This document shows positions 48,995-58,011 of a DNA stretch of 64,000 nucleotides, in pieces. Each line of letters opens with the position of its first letter. Within the stretch, counting starts at the first letter, position 1. The DNA lies in the NCBI GenBank assembly GCA_964625335.1, contig CAZVBE010000002.1, positions 36,689 through 100,688 of the forward strand. Reading direction: 5' to 3'. The notes under the pieces were generated by a model, which was not told the DNA's origin, did not search any database, and was given only the letters and a program-made list of their open reading frames with translations. The stretch comes from an uncultured Clostridium sp. GTDB taxonomy: Bacteria; Bacillota; Clostridia; Ch29. The translations under genes and the position numbers were made by a program.

Positions 48995-49862
48995 TACAGG
49001 TTATTTCCTGAAAGAGGCAAAGAATATTATCCGGTTGAACTGGCTTTCCAACATTTTTTCCTTTATAAGTACAGGCCTCATTCTGTTCATTTTGGCAATG
49101 GTTGTTTTCGGTTGGGGTGTCAGTAATCTATTAGTTGAAATGCTTCAGGATGAGGCGGAAATAAGCGCATACCTTGACGGGAATACCGACATTCAGCAAG
49201 CAGCCGGATTGGTTGAAACCATAAAAGGCATAGACGGGGTATGGGATGTCCGGTTGGTTGACCAAACTGAGGCCTATGGAAGGATGGAGGAAATCCTGGG
49301 GGAAGAAGCCCGCGTTTTAGAGCTTTTTGAGGAAAACCCCTTTGAAGCATTTATTGAGGTGAGGATACACCCGGATGAACTGGAACCGGCTCTGGAAAAG
49401 GTGGGAAGCCTCAAAGGCATCGGGCATATAAAGGAGAACAGAGAGGTTTTGGGGCGCATTCAAAGCATTACGGAAGGGTTAAAGAATCTAGGATATCTGG
49501 TTATGGCTGCGGTGGGCATCAGTACCATGGTCATAATATCCCATATGATACGTCAGGGAATATATAATAACAGGGTTCAAATAGACACCCTGAGGCTTCT
49601 GGGGGCCCCCGGCAGTTTTATCGGATTCCCCTTTGTGTTGGTGGGGTTGCTGCTGACCCTGGGAGGAGGCGTACTGGCGAGCGCTCTTATAGTGCTCCTG
49701 ATAAACCGGGGGTATGGATATATCAGCGGTTTGATGCCCTTTATCCCGCTGCCGCCCGTGGGTGAATTGGTTTCCGGTATTATTATACTCATTGTGGCTG
49801 TCAGTGTGGTTCTTGGAATCCTTGGAAGCCTTTTCGGCCTGTCCTCCACAAAAAACACATAG
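48975..49862 (+). CDS. ftsX: cell-division permease-like protein FtsX
   Basis: 295 aa with 4 TM helices and a large first extracellular loop, overlapping the ftsE end. Confidence 0.8.
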   Translation: MKNALYNTGYFLKEAKNIIRLNWLSNIFSFISTGLILFILAMVVFGWGVSNLLVEMLQDEAEISAYLDGNTDIQQAAGLVETIKGIDGVWDVRLVDQTEAYGRMEEILGEEARVLELFEENPFEAFIEVRIHPDELEPALEKVGSLKGIGHIKENREVLGRIQSITEGLKNLGYLVMAAVGISTMVIISHMIRQGIYNNRVQIDTLRLLGAPGSFIGFPFVLVGLLLTLGGGVLASALIVLLINRGYGYISGLMPFIPLPPVGELVSGIIILIVAVSVVLGILGSLFGLSSTKNT

Positions 49863-49889
49863 GTGGCAGGTTTCCCCTTTTACCTTTTG

Positions 49890-52037
49890 CTATACCAGCC
49901 CGAGCAGCCTTGCTCCCTGGGCAACAATAAAGCATACGGCGATACCGGTTATGGAAGGGACCAGCAGGGAAAACCAGGTCCATTTCCAACTCTGCGTTTC
50001 TTTGCGGATGGTCCAAAGGGTGGTACCGCAGGGCCAGTGGTTTAATGAAAAGAGCATCATGCAAACCGCTGTCAGCCAGGTCCAGCCGTTGTCCACAAAT
50101 AGTTGCCTCATTTCATCCAGGCTGCCCAACTCCAACATAGACCCCTTGGACATATAACTCATTATCAAAATTGGGATGACTATTTCATTGGCAGGCAGGC
50201 CCAAAATGAATGCCATTAAAATATATCCGTCCAATCCCAACAGACGGGCAAATGGGTCTAAAAGCTGCGCGCCGTGCGCAAGCAGGCTTGCACCGGAAAT
50301 TACAGTGTTAGCCATAACCCATATAAGCAGACCGGCGGGTGCAGCAATTACAACTGCACGGCCCAATACGAATAAAGTACGGTCAAAAATGGAACGGAGG
50401 ATAATTCTTCCCACCTGAGGTTTCCTGTAGGGCGGCAGTTCCAAAGTAAAGGAGGAGGGCAGTCCTTTCAAAATCGTTTTTGACAACAGTCTGGATATAA
50501 AGAGTGTAATAGCAACGCCCAATACAATGGCAGATAGTACCGATAACGCAGCGGCAAGGGAATTGAAAGAGCCTGCGGTACCGGCGATGAAAATACTTGC
50601 AAGGGCAATCAATGTGGGGAACCGTCCGTTGCAGGGTACAAAATTATTGGTAATGGTTGCGATTAACCGTTCCCTTGGAGAATCAATAATTCTGCAGGCA
50701 ATAACTCCGGCGGCATTGCAGCCAAACCCCATGCACATGGTTAATGCCTGCTTTCCATGGGCACAGGCCTTCTTGAAATAATGGTCCAGGTTAAATGCAA
50801 CCCTCGGCAAATAGCCTAAGTCCTCCAGAAGAGTGAATAATGGAAAAAAAATCGCCATTGGTGGAAGCATTACCGATACAACCCATGCCAATGTACGGTA
50901 CATGCCGTATATTAGAATATCATGAACCCACTGGGGTGTGCCAAGCCAGCCAAAAAAAACGGTGAGTTGTCCTTCAATCCGAAACAGGCCGTCCGCCAGC
51001 ATGGCTGAGGGAATATTGGCTCCTTGGATGGTAATCCAGAAAACAATTCCCAAAAGGGCAATCATAATTGGAATGCCAAAGGTTTTTGAGGTTAATACGC
51101 TGTCAATTCTATAGTCCAGGCCGTTATGGGTTTTGTTTTCCGAAGAAACAACTTCCAAGCTTATATTTTCAGCGGCTTTGACAATGCATGAAACAATCCG
51201 GTCCCGTAAATCTTCCGGTAAAAGATATTCCTCCTGCAATCCCGCACGAATATCCTCCGCTTTTTTTTGCAGTGGTTTGTTTCCCGACAAACCGAGATTC
51301 AGGTAATTGTCCATTGCTTCCAAAAGAGGAATGTCTCGGTCAATAAGGCGAAGGGCTGTCCATCTGCTGTTAATCTTATCGCCTGCCAAATTATTAATGT
51401 AAGGCTTTAATTCATCAATGGCTTTTTCAAGGGTTTGACCGTAATTGACTTTGGCAGGGGCAACCTTGATTTCTCCGCGGGCAACCCTTTCAACCGTGTC
51501 CTTTAATTCTTCTAACCCCTTCCCGTTCCTTGCAGAGGTGCCTACCACCGGTACTCCCAACAGTCCGGACAGTTTATTAAGATTAATGTTAATCTTCTTT
51601 CTCTTCGCTTCATCCATAAGATTTACACATACTACAACTTTATCGGTAATCTCCATTATCTGAAGAACCAGATTTAAGTTTCTTTCCAGGCATGTTGCAT
51701 CGGATACAACCACCGTTGCATGGGGGCTTCCAAAGCATACAAAATCCCTGGCTACCTGTTCGTCCACAGAATTAGCCAGCAGCGAATAGGCGCCCGGCAG
51801 ATCCACCAATATATATTTTCTGTCTTTGTGTGTGTATTTACCCTGGGCGCATGTAACGGTCTTGCCGGGCCAGTTTCCGGTGTGTTGATTAAGGCCTGTA
51901 AGAACGTTAAACAGTGTGCTCTTACCGGTATTAGGGTTGCCCGCCAGTGCGATGACAATATCATCGGGTGATTTCAATTCTACCTGGTACATGTCCTTTA
52001 ATGCACCAAGGCATGTAGCCTGCTTTGTTAAACCCAT
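49890..52037 (-). CDS. feoB: ferrous iron transport protein B
   Basis: G-domain ALAGNPNTGKSTLFN..DLPG followed by a permease domain of about 450 aa. ATG 52037 follows RBS GGGGG. Confidence 0.9.
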   Translation of the reverse strand: MGLTKQATCLGALKDMYQVELKSPDDIVIALAGNPNTGKSTLFNVLTGLNQHTGNWPGKTVTCAQGKYTHKDRKYILVDLPGAYSLLANSVDEQVARDFVCFGSPHATVVVSDATCLERNLNLVLQIMEITDKVVVCVNLMDEAKRKKININLNKLSGLLGVPVVGTSARNGKGLEELKDTVERVARGEIKVAPAKVNYGQTLEKAIDELKPYINNLAGDKINSRWTALRLIDRDIPLLEAMDNYLNLGLSGNKPLQKKAEDIRAGLQEEYLLPEDLRDRIVSCIVKAAENISLEVVSSENKTHNGLDYRIDSVLTSKTFGIPIMIALLGIVFWITIQGANIPSAMLADGLFRIEGQLTVFFGWLGTPQWVHDILIYGMYRTLAWVVSVMLPPMAIFFPLFTLLEDLGYLPRVAFNLDHYFKKACAHGKQALTMCMGFGCNAAGVIACRIIDSPRERLIATITNNFVPCNGRFPTLIALASIFIAGTAGSFNSLAAALSVLSAIVLGVAITLFISRLLSKTILKGLPSSFTLELPPYRKPQVGRIILRSIFDRTLFVLGRAVVIAAPAGLLIWVMANTVISGASLLAHGAQLLDPFARLLGLDGYILMAFILGLPANEIVIPILIMSYMSKGSMLELGSLDEMRQLFVDNGWTWLTAVCMMLFSLNHWPCGTTLWTIRKETQSWKWTWFSLLVPSITGIAVCFIVAQGARLLGLV

Positions 52038-52064
52038 TAAATAACCCCCCAATATTTCTGCTGT

Positions 52065-52304
52065 TCAGTTGATTTCAATAAGAATCTTTGATGCTTCTTC
52101 CGAGCGTAAAGCTATCACGGCTCCCCTTATCTGGTATGCCACAGGGTCCCCGGCGGGACTTTTTCTTAATGATTCTATGGTTGTATCGTATATCATTCCC
52201 AGGTCCAGCATCCTCCTTCGGGTGTTTCCCCGGGCAGTAAGTTTTTTAACTTTACCAAAACCGCCCACCGGCAATTGGTCCAGTGGAATTAAATTTGAAT
52301 TCAT
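52065..52304 (-). CDS. feoA: FeoA family protein
   Basis: 79 aa with the SH3-like FeoA pattern (LPVGGFGKVKKL..RRRMLDLGM..G..V). Confidence 0.8.
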   Translation of the reverse strand: MNSNLIPLDQLPVGGFGKVKKLTARGNTRRRMLDLGMIYDTTIESLRKSPAGDPVAYQIRGAVIALRSEEASKILIEIN

Positions 52305-52514
52305 ATAAAAAAACCCCCTTTTATTAACTTTTCAACAGGTTATGTCATAAGTTAGTCGTAGGAAACTTTATTTGCCAAACCTAATAACTAGGATATGAAC
52401 CGTTATTATTTCTTGTTACATGTAAAAAGGCAAAAAGGTGGGGTGAGGTATTTGAAAAAGGAAAGGGAATTTCGCACCGTCCGGGGGTATCAAATATTAA
52501 ATGCAGGTAGTAGG

Positions 52515-52955
52515 ATGTTAACTTCAAGTATGGAGGATTATCTCGAAATGATATATAGGACCTGTATAAAAAAAGGTTATGCACGTATTAACCAATTGGC
52601 GGAAAAATTAAATGTCCGTCCGTCATCAACGACTAAGGTGATCCAGAAATTAAGGGAACTGGGGCTGGTGGATTATCACAAATACGGGATTATCCAGTTG
52701 ACAGAGGAGGGCAAGGCCATAGGGGATTTCCTTTTGCAAAGACATGAGATAATTGAAGAGTTTTTGGAAAATCTTGGAATAGAAGAAACCCGGCTTAAAG
52801 ATACCGAAATGATAGAACACGATGTAAGTCTTAACACACTGCAGAGCATATATGTTCTCAATAGGTTCCTGTCTGAAAATCCTGATGTAAGGAAGCAGTA
52901 TGAATTATTTAAATCAGGGTTCAATAAAAGTATTGACCTTATATATCCGCAATGA
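52515..52955 (+). CDS. mntR: DtxR/MntR-family metal-dependent transcriptional regulator
   Basis: MLTSSMEDYLEMIYRTCIKKGYARINQLAEKLNVRPSSTTKVIQKL is collinear with B. subtilis MntR (MTTPSMEDYIEQIY..). It is divergent from feoAB. ATG 52515 is chosen inside the longer ORF. Confidence 0.7.
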   Translation: MLTSSMEDYLEMIYRTCIKKGYARINQLAEKLNVRPSSTTKVIQKLRELGLVDYHKYGIIQLTEEGKAIGDFLLQRHEIIEEFLENLGIEETRLKDTEMIEHDVSLNTLQSIYVLNRFLSENPDVRKQYELFKSGFNKSIDLIYPQ

Positions 52956-53325
52956 TATACAAAAACCGTCATGATTAACGGCTTTATCCACAGTTTTGAT
53001 TGAAATTGGGAATTTTTTGTTATATAATGGCTTTATTTAAACTATGCATTTTGTCAGAATATGTTTATAATAATTATTGCCGGGTATTAATGGAGCAACA
53101 TTATCTAAAAAGACTGTTTATTAATTAAAACACAGCTATAACCATCTGATCTAAAGGCTTGCGGAACAGTCACAATCACGAAGACCTCCTTCAACATCAC
53201 AGGGACGAACATATAAAAATGCGGTCTGGTATAAAGTCGAATGTGCTCTTAACAGGTAAGATACTTAAAGTTAGATTATTGAGTGCCTGCGTTCTGTGCT
53301 ATGGCACGAAGGGGCTGGTCAAACA

Positions 53326-55533
53326 ATGTCAAAGGATTTTTCAAGGTCAATCATTGAAATGAGCCCGATTGCCTATGCTTATCACAAGCTCATATGTAAT
53401 GAAAACGGAGACCCCTGTGATTATGAATTTTTGGATGCGAATGCTGCCTACGAAAATTTCACCGGACTTAAGGCATGTGATATTATCGGCAAAAGGGCTG
53501 CGGAGATTTTTCCCCGCATCAGAGACGGGGAATCAGACTGGATAGAAATGTTTGGCGAGATTGCCATTAATGGCGGAATCAAAGAGTTTGAACAGTATTC
53601 ATATCTCTTAGAGGGATATTACAGGATAACGGCATTTTCTCCCCGAGAATTCTATTTTGTGACCTTTTTCATTGAGATTGGCAAATCAGAACAAAGGCAG
53701 GAATTGAAGGCATTAAAAAGGAGCGGAGAACATCTTCGCCACATTTTGGACTCCACTGCTGAAGGGATATACGGTATTGACACCGAAGGGAAATGTACCC
53801 TGTGCAATGCCAGCTGTTTGACTTTACTGGGATATCAATACGAACATGAACTGCTAGGAAAAAACATGCATGAGATGATACATAAAAAACACCGGGATGG
53901 TACGCATTATCCGGAGGATGAGTGCAGAATATATCAGGCATTTAAAAGGGGAAAGGGAACCAATGTGGATGATGAAGTGTTCTGGAGGTCGGACGGCACA
54001 TGCTTTCCGGTCGAATACTTTTCATATCCACAGTATCGTGATGGCGTCATTATAGGCGCGGTAGTAACGTTCGTTGATATCACCGATCGAAAAAAGGCGG
54101 AGCACGAGCTACGGGAAAGCGAACGCAGCAAGGCTGTGCTGCTGTCCAATTTACCCGGAATGGCCTATAGATGCAATTATGACAGGGATTGGACAATGCA
54201 GTTTGTTTCGGACGGGTGTTTTGAGCTTACAGGCTATCATCCGGAAAGCTTGCTGCATAACAGGGAAATTTCCTTTAATTCATTGATTGAACCGGAATAC
54301 AGGGATGTTATATGGGATAAATGGGCTATGATACTTGCCTCAAAAAAGGTTTTTAAATTCGAGTATCCTATAATAACTGCCTCAGGAGAACTAAAATGGG
54401 TATTCGAGCAGGGGCAGGGCATTTATGACGAAGCTGGGGAGGTTAAAGCCCTTGAGGGACTGATTATCGATATAACGGATCGTAAAGCAAAGGAAGAAGA
54501 AATCCAATATTTGAGTTATCATGATTTTCTGACAGACCTGTATAATCACAGATTTTTTGAAGAGGCAAAGAAACGGTTTGATGATCAAAGCTTCCTGCCG
54601 TTATCAATAATTATCGGAGATATTAACGGTGTCAAGCTTATCAATGACGCTTTTGGTCATGGGGCAGGAGACGACCTCATTGCTAAAACTGCAAAGATTA
54701 TAAGGGGCTGCTGCCGGGAGGGAGATATACTGGCCAGAACCGGAGGAGATGAATTCAGCATACTATTGCCTAAAACAGATTCCGAAACCGCCTTTGAAAT
54801 AATGGAAAACATAAAAGCAGCATGTGAGGATTATAACAGCAGTATTTCGAATGATATATTCCGCCTTAACATGTCTTTGGGATACAGCACAAGGGATTCT
54901 ATGGGTGAGGATGTCGATAAGGCAATAAAAGCGGCGGAAGATTATATGTACAAGCGCAAGCTTTTAGAGCACAAGAGTTCGCACAGTGCTATTTTAGCAT
55001 CAATAAGGGCGACCATGCTTGAGAGAAGTCAGGAAACCGAAGAGCACGCGGAGAGGCTGATTAAGCTGACAAAAAAAGTTGGCGCACACCTTGGCCTTTC
55101 CCAGATAGAGCTTGATGAGCTGGAATTATTGGCTACACTGCACGATATCGGGAAGGTAGGCATTGATGACAGAATATTGAACAAGCCAGGAAAGCTAAAC
55201 GAAGAAGAATGGGTCGAGATGAAAAAGCATCCGGAAATCGGGTACAGGATTGCAATGTCGTCCCCGGACCTTGTGTCCATTGCAGAATATATTCTGTGTC
55301 ATCATGAAAGGTGGGATGGCAAAGGATATCCCCAGGGCCTGAAAGGCGAAGAGGTTCCATTGATTTCACGTATCCTTGCAGTTGTCGATGCGTATGATGC
55401 TATGACGGAGGACAGGCCATACCGAAAAGCAATGGGTAAAGAAGATGTCATTATGGAAATCCTGAACAATGCCGGTTCCCAGTTTGATTCCGATATTGTT
55501 GATATTTTTATTGATATACTTAAACATGAATAG
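53326..55533 (+). CDS. PAS/PAC - GGDEF - HD-GYP multidomain c-di-GMP turnover protein
   Basis: At least two PAS-like segments, an intact RTGGDEFSILL GGDEF signature, and C-terminal HD-GYP motifs (LHDIGKV.. and HHERWDGKGYP). Confidence 0.85.
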   Translation: MSKDFSRSIIEMSPIAYAYHKLICNENGDPCDYEFLDANAAYENFTGLKACDIIGKRAAEIFPRIRDGESDWIEMFGEIAINGGIKEFEQYSYLLEGYYRITAFSPREFYFVTFFIEIGKSEQRQELKALKRSGEHLRHILDSTAEGIYGIDTEGKCTLCNASCLTLLGYQYEHELLGKNMHEMIHKKHRDGTHYPEDECRIYQAFKRGKGTNVDDEVFWRSDGTCFPVEYFSYPQYRDGVIIGAVVTFVDITDRKKAEHELRESERSKAVLLSNLPGMAYRCNYDRDWTMQFVSDGCFELTGYHPESLLHNREISFNSLIEPEYRDVIWDKWAMILASKKVFKFEYPIITASGELKWVFEQGQGIYDEAGEVKALEGLIIDITDRKAKEEEIQYLSYHDFLTDLYNHRFFEEAKKRFDDQSFLPLSIIIGDINGVKLINDAFGHGAGDDLIAKTAKIIRGCCREGDILARTGGDEFSILLPKTDSETAFEIMENIKAACEDYNSSISNDIFRLNMSLGYSTRDSMGEDVDKAIKAAEDYMYKRKLLEHKSSHSAILASIRATMLERSQETEEHAERLIKLTKKVGAHLGLSQIELDELELLATLHDIGKVGIDDRILNKPGKLNEEEWVEMKKHPEIGYRIAMSSPDLVSIAEYILCHHERWDGKGYPQGLKGEEVPLISRILAVVDAYDAMTEDRPYRKAMGKEDVIMEILNNAGSQFDSDIVDIFIDILKHE

Positions 55534-55595
55534 CAGGCAAATCAGGCGTACCTATACTTATTATGGTATTTGCTATTATTAGCAGCACAGCCTGC

Positions 55596-56375
55596 CTATT
55601 TGGCGGCCATGCCACCATCGATTCTATACATATTTCCTGTAAGATATTTTGCATGATCCGAAGCCAGAAAAAGAATTAGATTAGCTACCTCCTCCGATTC
55701 TGCATACCTTTTCAGGGGAATAGCCTCGGTAAATGCAGACTGAACCGTTTCCGGATGCTCCGGTGAGGCCCCTGCTTCAATAGACCTCATCATACGGTTA
55801 TTTACCGGTCCGGGGCACACGGCATTTATGCGTATTCCCATATCAGCGCATTCTAATGCAGCGGTTTTTGTAATGCCGTTCACTGCATGTTTTGATGCTA
55901 TATAGGGAGCCATGCCGGGTGAACCAATAAAACCTGCAACAGAGGATACATTTATGATAGAGCCGGATTTTTGCGATTCCATGACCGGTATTACATATTT
56001 TAAACCGAATAATACTCCCTTTATATTTACATCCAACACCCACTGAAGGTCTTCCTGCCGGATTGATGGTATGGGAGCAACCTTACCTTCGGTGCCTGCA
56101 TTATTTACAAAAATATCTATCCTGCCAAATCTGGATACAGTTTCTTGTGTGCCGGCCTTTACTTCTTCTTCCTGCCTGACGTCCACTGCCATATTTATGT
56201 AGTCTTCTTCAGGCAGCCCCAAACTTTCAGCCAGACAATTAAGTTTTTCCAGGTTGCTTTGGCGGGAGGTAACAAGGGCCAGTTTGGCACCTTGTCTTGC
56301 AAACAATGCAGCGGAAGCGCCCCCTATACCGCCTGTAGCACCGGTTATAAATACAACCTTGCCTTTAAAATCCAT
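55596..56375 (-). CDS. short-chain dehydrogenase/reductase (SDR)
   Basis: TGATGGIG cofactor motif, NNAG, and the catalytic YxxxK (YIASKHAV). Confidence 0.85.
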   Translation of the reverse strand: MDFKGKVVFITGATGGIGGASAALFARQGAKLALVTSRQSNLEKLNCLAESLGLPEEDYINMAVDVRQEEEVKAGTQETVSRFGRIDIFVNNAGTEGKVAPIPSIRQEDLQWVLDVNIKGVLFGLKYVIPVMESQKSGSIINVSSVAGFIGSPGMAPYIASKHAVNGITKTAALECADMGIRINAVCPGPVNNRMMRSIEAGASPEHPETVQSAFTEAIPLKRYAESEEVANLILFLASDHAKYLTGNMYRIDGGMAAK

Positions 56376-56512
56376 GTTATTACCCCTTTTCCTGCAGAAT
56401 TTTCTTCTTTAGACTTTCCATCGATGAGCTTGTTTATTCACACTCTCCGCTGACAGAGAAGGGTGTTTTAAAACTCCGTTTATTGTGCTGATTCCCGGGA
56501 CATGGCTATATA

Positions 56513-56542
56513 TTGACGTCAATCTATGTATAATAATATAAT
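56513..56542 (+). promoter_or_regulatory. putative arsC promoter containing palindrome TTGACGTCAA
   Basis: TTGACG then 18 nt then TATAAT. The -35 lies within the perfect 10-bp palindrome TTGACGTCAA. Confidence 0.4.
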
Positions 56543-56600
56543 TGATATATGTATGACAGGATAATATATGATAAGAATACGCAGTATTGGAGGCGCTATT

Positions 56601-57008
56601 ATGGTAAATGCCAAGCCGAAGGCAGCTTTTATTTGTGTCCACAATTCATGCCGCAGTCAAATAGCCGAGGCGCTGGGAAAACATTTTGCCGGTGATGTTT
56701 TTGACAGCTATTCGGCAGGCACCGAAATCAGACCGCAGATAAACCAGGATGCGGTAAGGCTGGTTAAGGAGATATATTCAATAGATATGGAAAAAACGCA
56801 GTATCCAAAGCTTTTGACGGACATTCCAACCGTGGATATAGTCATCACCATGGGATGTAATGTGAGCTGTCCTTTCCTGCCTTGTAAGCATCGGGAGGAT
56901 TGGGGACTTGACGATCCAACGGGAAAAAATGATGAGGAATTCAAAGCTGTAATTGTCCAGATAGAAAAGAAAGTCAGGAAACTTGCGAAAAACATACGCT
57001 TTAATTAA
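56601..57008 (+). CDS. arsC: arsenate reductase, thioredoxin-coupled LMW-PTP family
   Basis: CVHNSCRSQIAEA P-loop, downstream Cys in MGCNVSCP. Collinear with B. subtilis ArsC. ATG 56601 follows GGAGG. Confidence 0.8.
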   Translation: MVNAKPKAAFICVHNSCRSQIAEALGKHFAGDVFDSYSAGTEIRPQINQDAVRLVKEIYSIDMEKTQYPKLLTDIPTVDIVITMGCNVSCPFLPCKHREDWGLDDPTGKNDEEFKAVIVQIEKKVRKLAKNIRFN

Positions 57009-57089
57009 AACCCATGCTGTGTTATATTAAGAAAGACGAGCTAAAAAATTGCTGGTATAAACAGGACAGGCATAAACGGGGGGATAAGA

Positions 57090-57278
57090 GTGAGCGTCTT
57101 CATTAAGAGAATACTGGGATCGATGTTGATACTACTGGGTCTAAGCGGTATTGTACTTCCAATACTTCCCGGCTGGGTTTTCATCTTTGCCGGAATATAC
57201 TTAATTAGCCCCCGAAGGCATAAAAGCATTAAGAGATGGTTAATGAAAACTTTAAAGATCAGAGGAAATGTTACTTGA
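57090..57278 (+). CDS. DUF454/YbaN-like small inner-membrane protein
   Basis: 62 aa with two TM segments (ILGSMLILLGLSGIVLPILPGWVFIFAGIYLISP). Confidence 0.5.
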   Translation: MSVFIKRILGSMLILLGLSGIVLPILPGWVFIFAGIYLISPRRHKSIKRWLMKTLKIRGNVT

Positions 57279-57329
57279 TAAAACACAGGGACAAACACAG
57301 GGACAGGCACCTTGTTTATCCCTTTGACA

Positions 57330-58007
57330 TTACTCCTTCCCCGAGTACAATCCGTAGATTTTGTTAATATTAAGTACAAACATTATCCCCTTTCCGGGTT
57401 CATCAATTTTCATGGTCTCTCTGACGGAGGATACAATAGTATCGGTCAGGTCTTTTTCGGTTAGTATCATTACAATTTCCTTTTCCGGCTCCACAACTAT
57501 AGAGAACAAAACGCTCTTTTCATCGATTCCCGAACCCCTTGCATTGATTATGGTAGCTCCTTTAGACCCGGCCGAAATCGCTGCATCTACAACAGCTTCG
57601 GCTTTGCCCCTATCCACAATCGTAAAAACTGCATTATACATTATATTTTTCACACCTCTTCCTTCATAGGTTTTATTATATTCACAATTGCCGGCTCCCA
57701 GGAAACTCATAACAGTAGTAGAAAAGGCTATTCCACTATCTGGCTTTTTAAAATCAAACCTTTCATTTAGTCCTTCAAGGGCTTTCATGGCGGTTTTCTC
57801 CTCCGCTATCATCAATACTATCTCTCTTTTAATATTATTGACGCCAAGAATTTCTAACAGGTGGTTTCTGACTGTCCCTTTTGCTAATAGTATCGTACCG
57901 CCGGGCACCCCACTTTTTTTTGCTGTTTTCAAAACTTTGCTTCCCAAGCCGCAGTCAACTATGACAAAGATGAGCTCGTACTTTGGCATATTGATATTAT
58001 TTTCCAT
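57330..58007 (-). CDS. tandem P-II-like (nitrogen regulatory protein P-II family) protein
   Basis: Two repeated ferredoxin-like halves of about 100 aa (YELIFVIVDCGLGSKVL.. / YNAVFTIVDRGKAEAVV..) immediately downstream of a DUF1538 membrane protein. Confidence 0.6.
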   Translation of the reverse strand: MENNINMPKYELIFVIVDCGLGSKVLKTAKKSGVPGGTILLAKGTVRNHLLEILGVNNIKREIVLMIAEEKTAMKALEGLNERFDFKKPDSGIAFSTTVMSFLGAGNCEYNKTYEGRGVKNIMYNAVFTIVDRGKAEAVVDAAISAGSKGATIINARGSGIDEKSVLFSIVVEPEKEIVMILTEKDLTDTIVSSVRETMKIDEPGKGIMFVLNINKIYGLYSGKE

Positions 58008-58011
58008 AGTG

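Noticed and set aside
50176-51971. Several 70-85-aa plus-strand ORFs opposite feoB
   Set aside because: Antisense to a confidently assigned FeoB gene with a conserved G-domain and permease.
52305-52394. Possible MntR/Fur operator in the feoA-mntR divergent region
   Set aside because: I could not find a convincing palindrome by eye, so no site is claimed.
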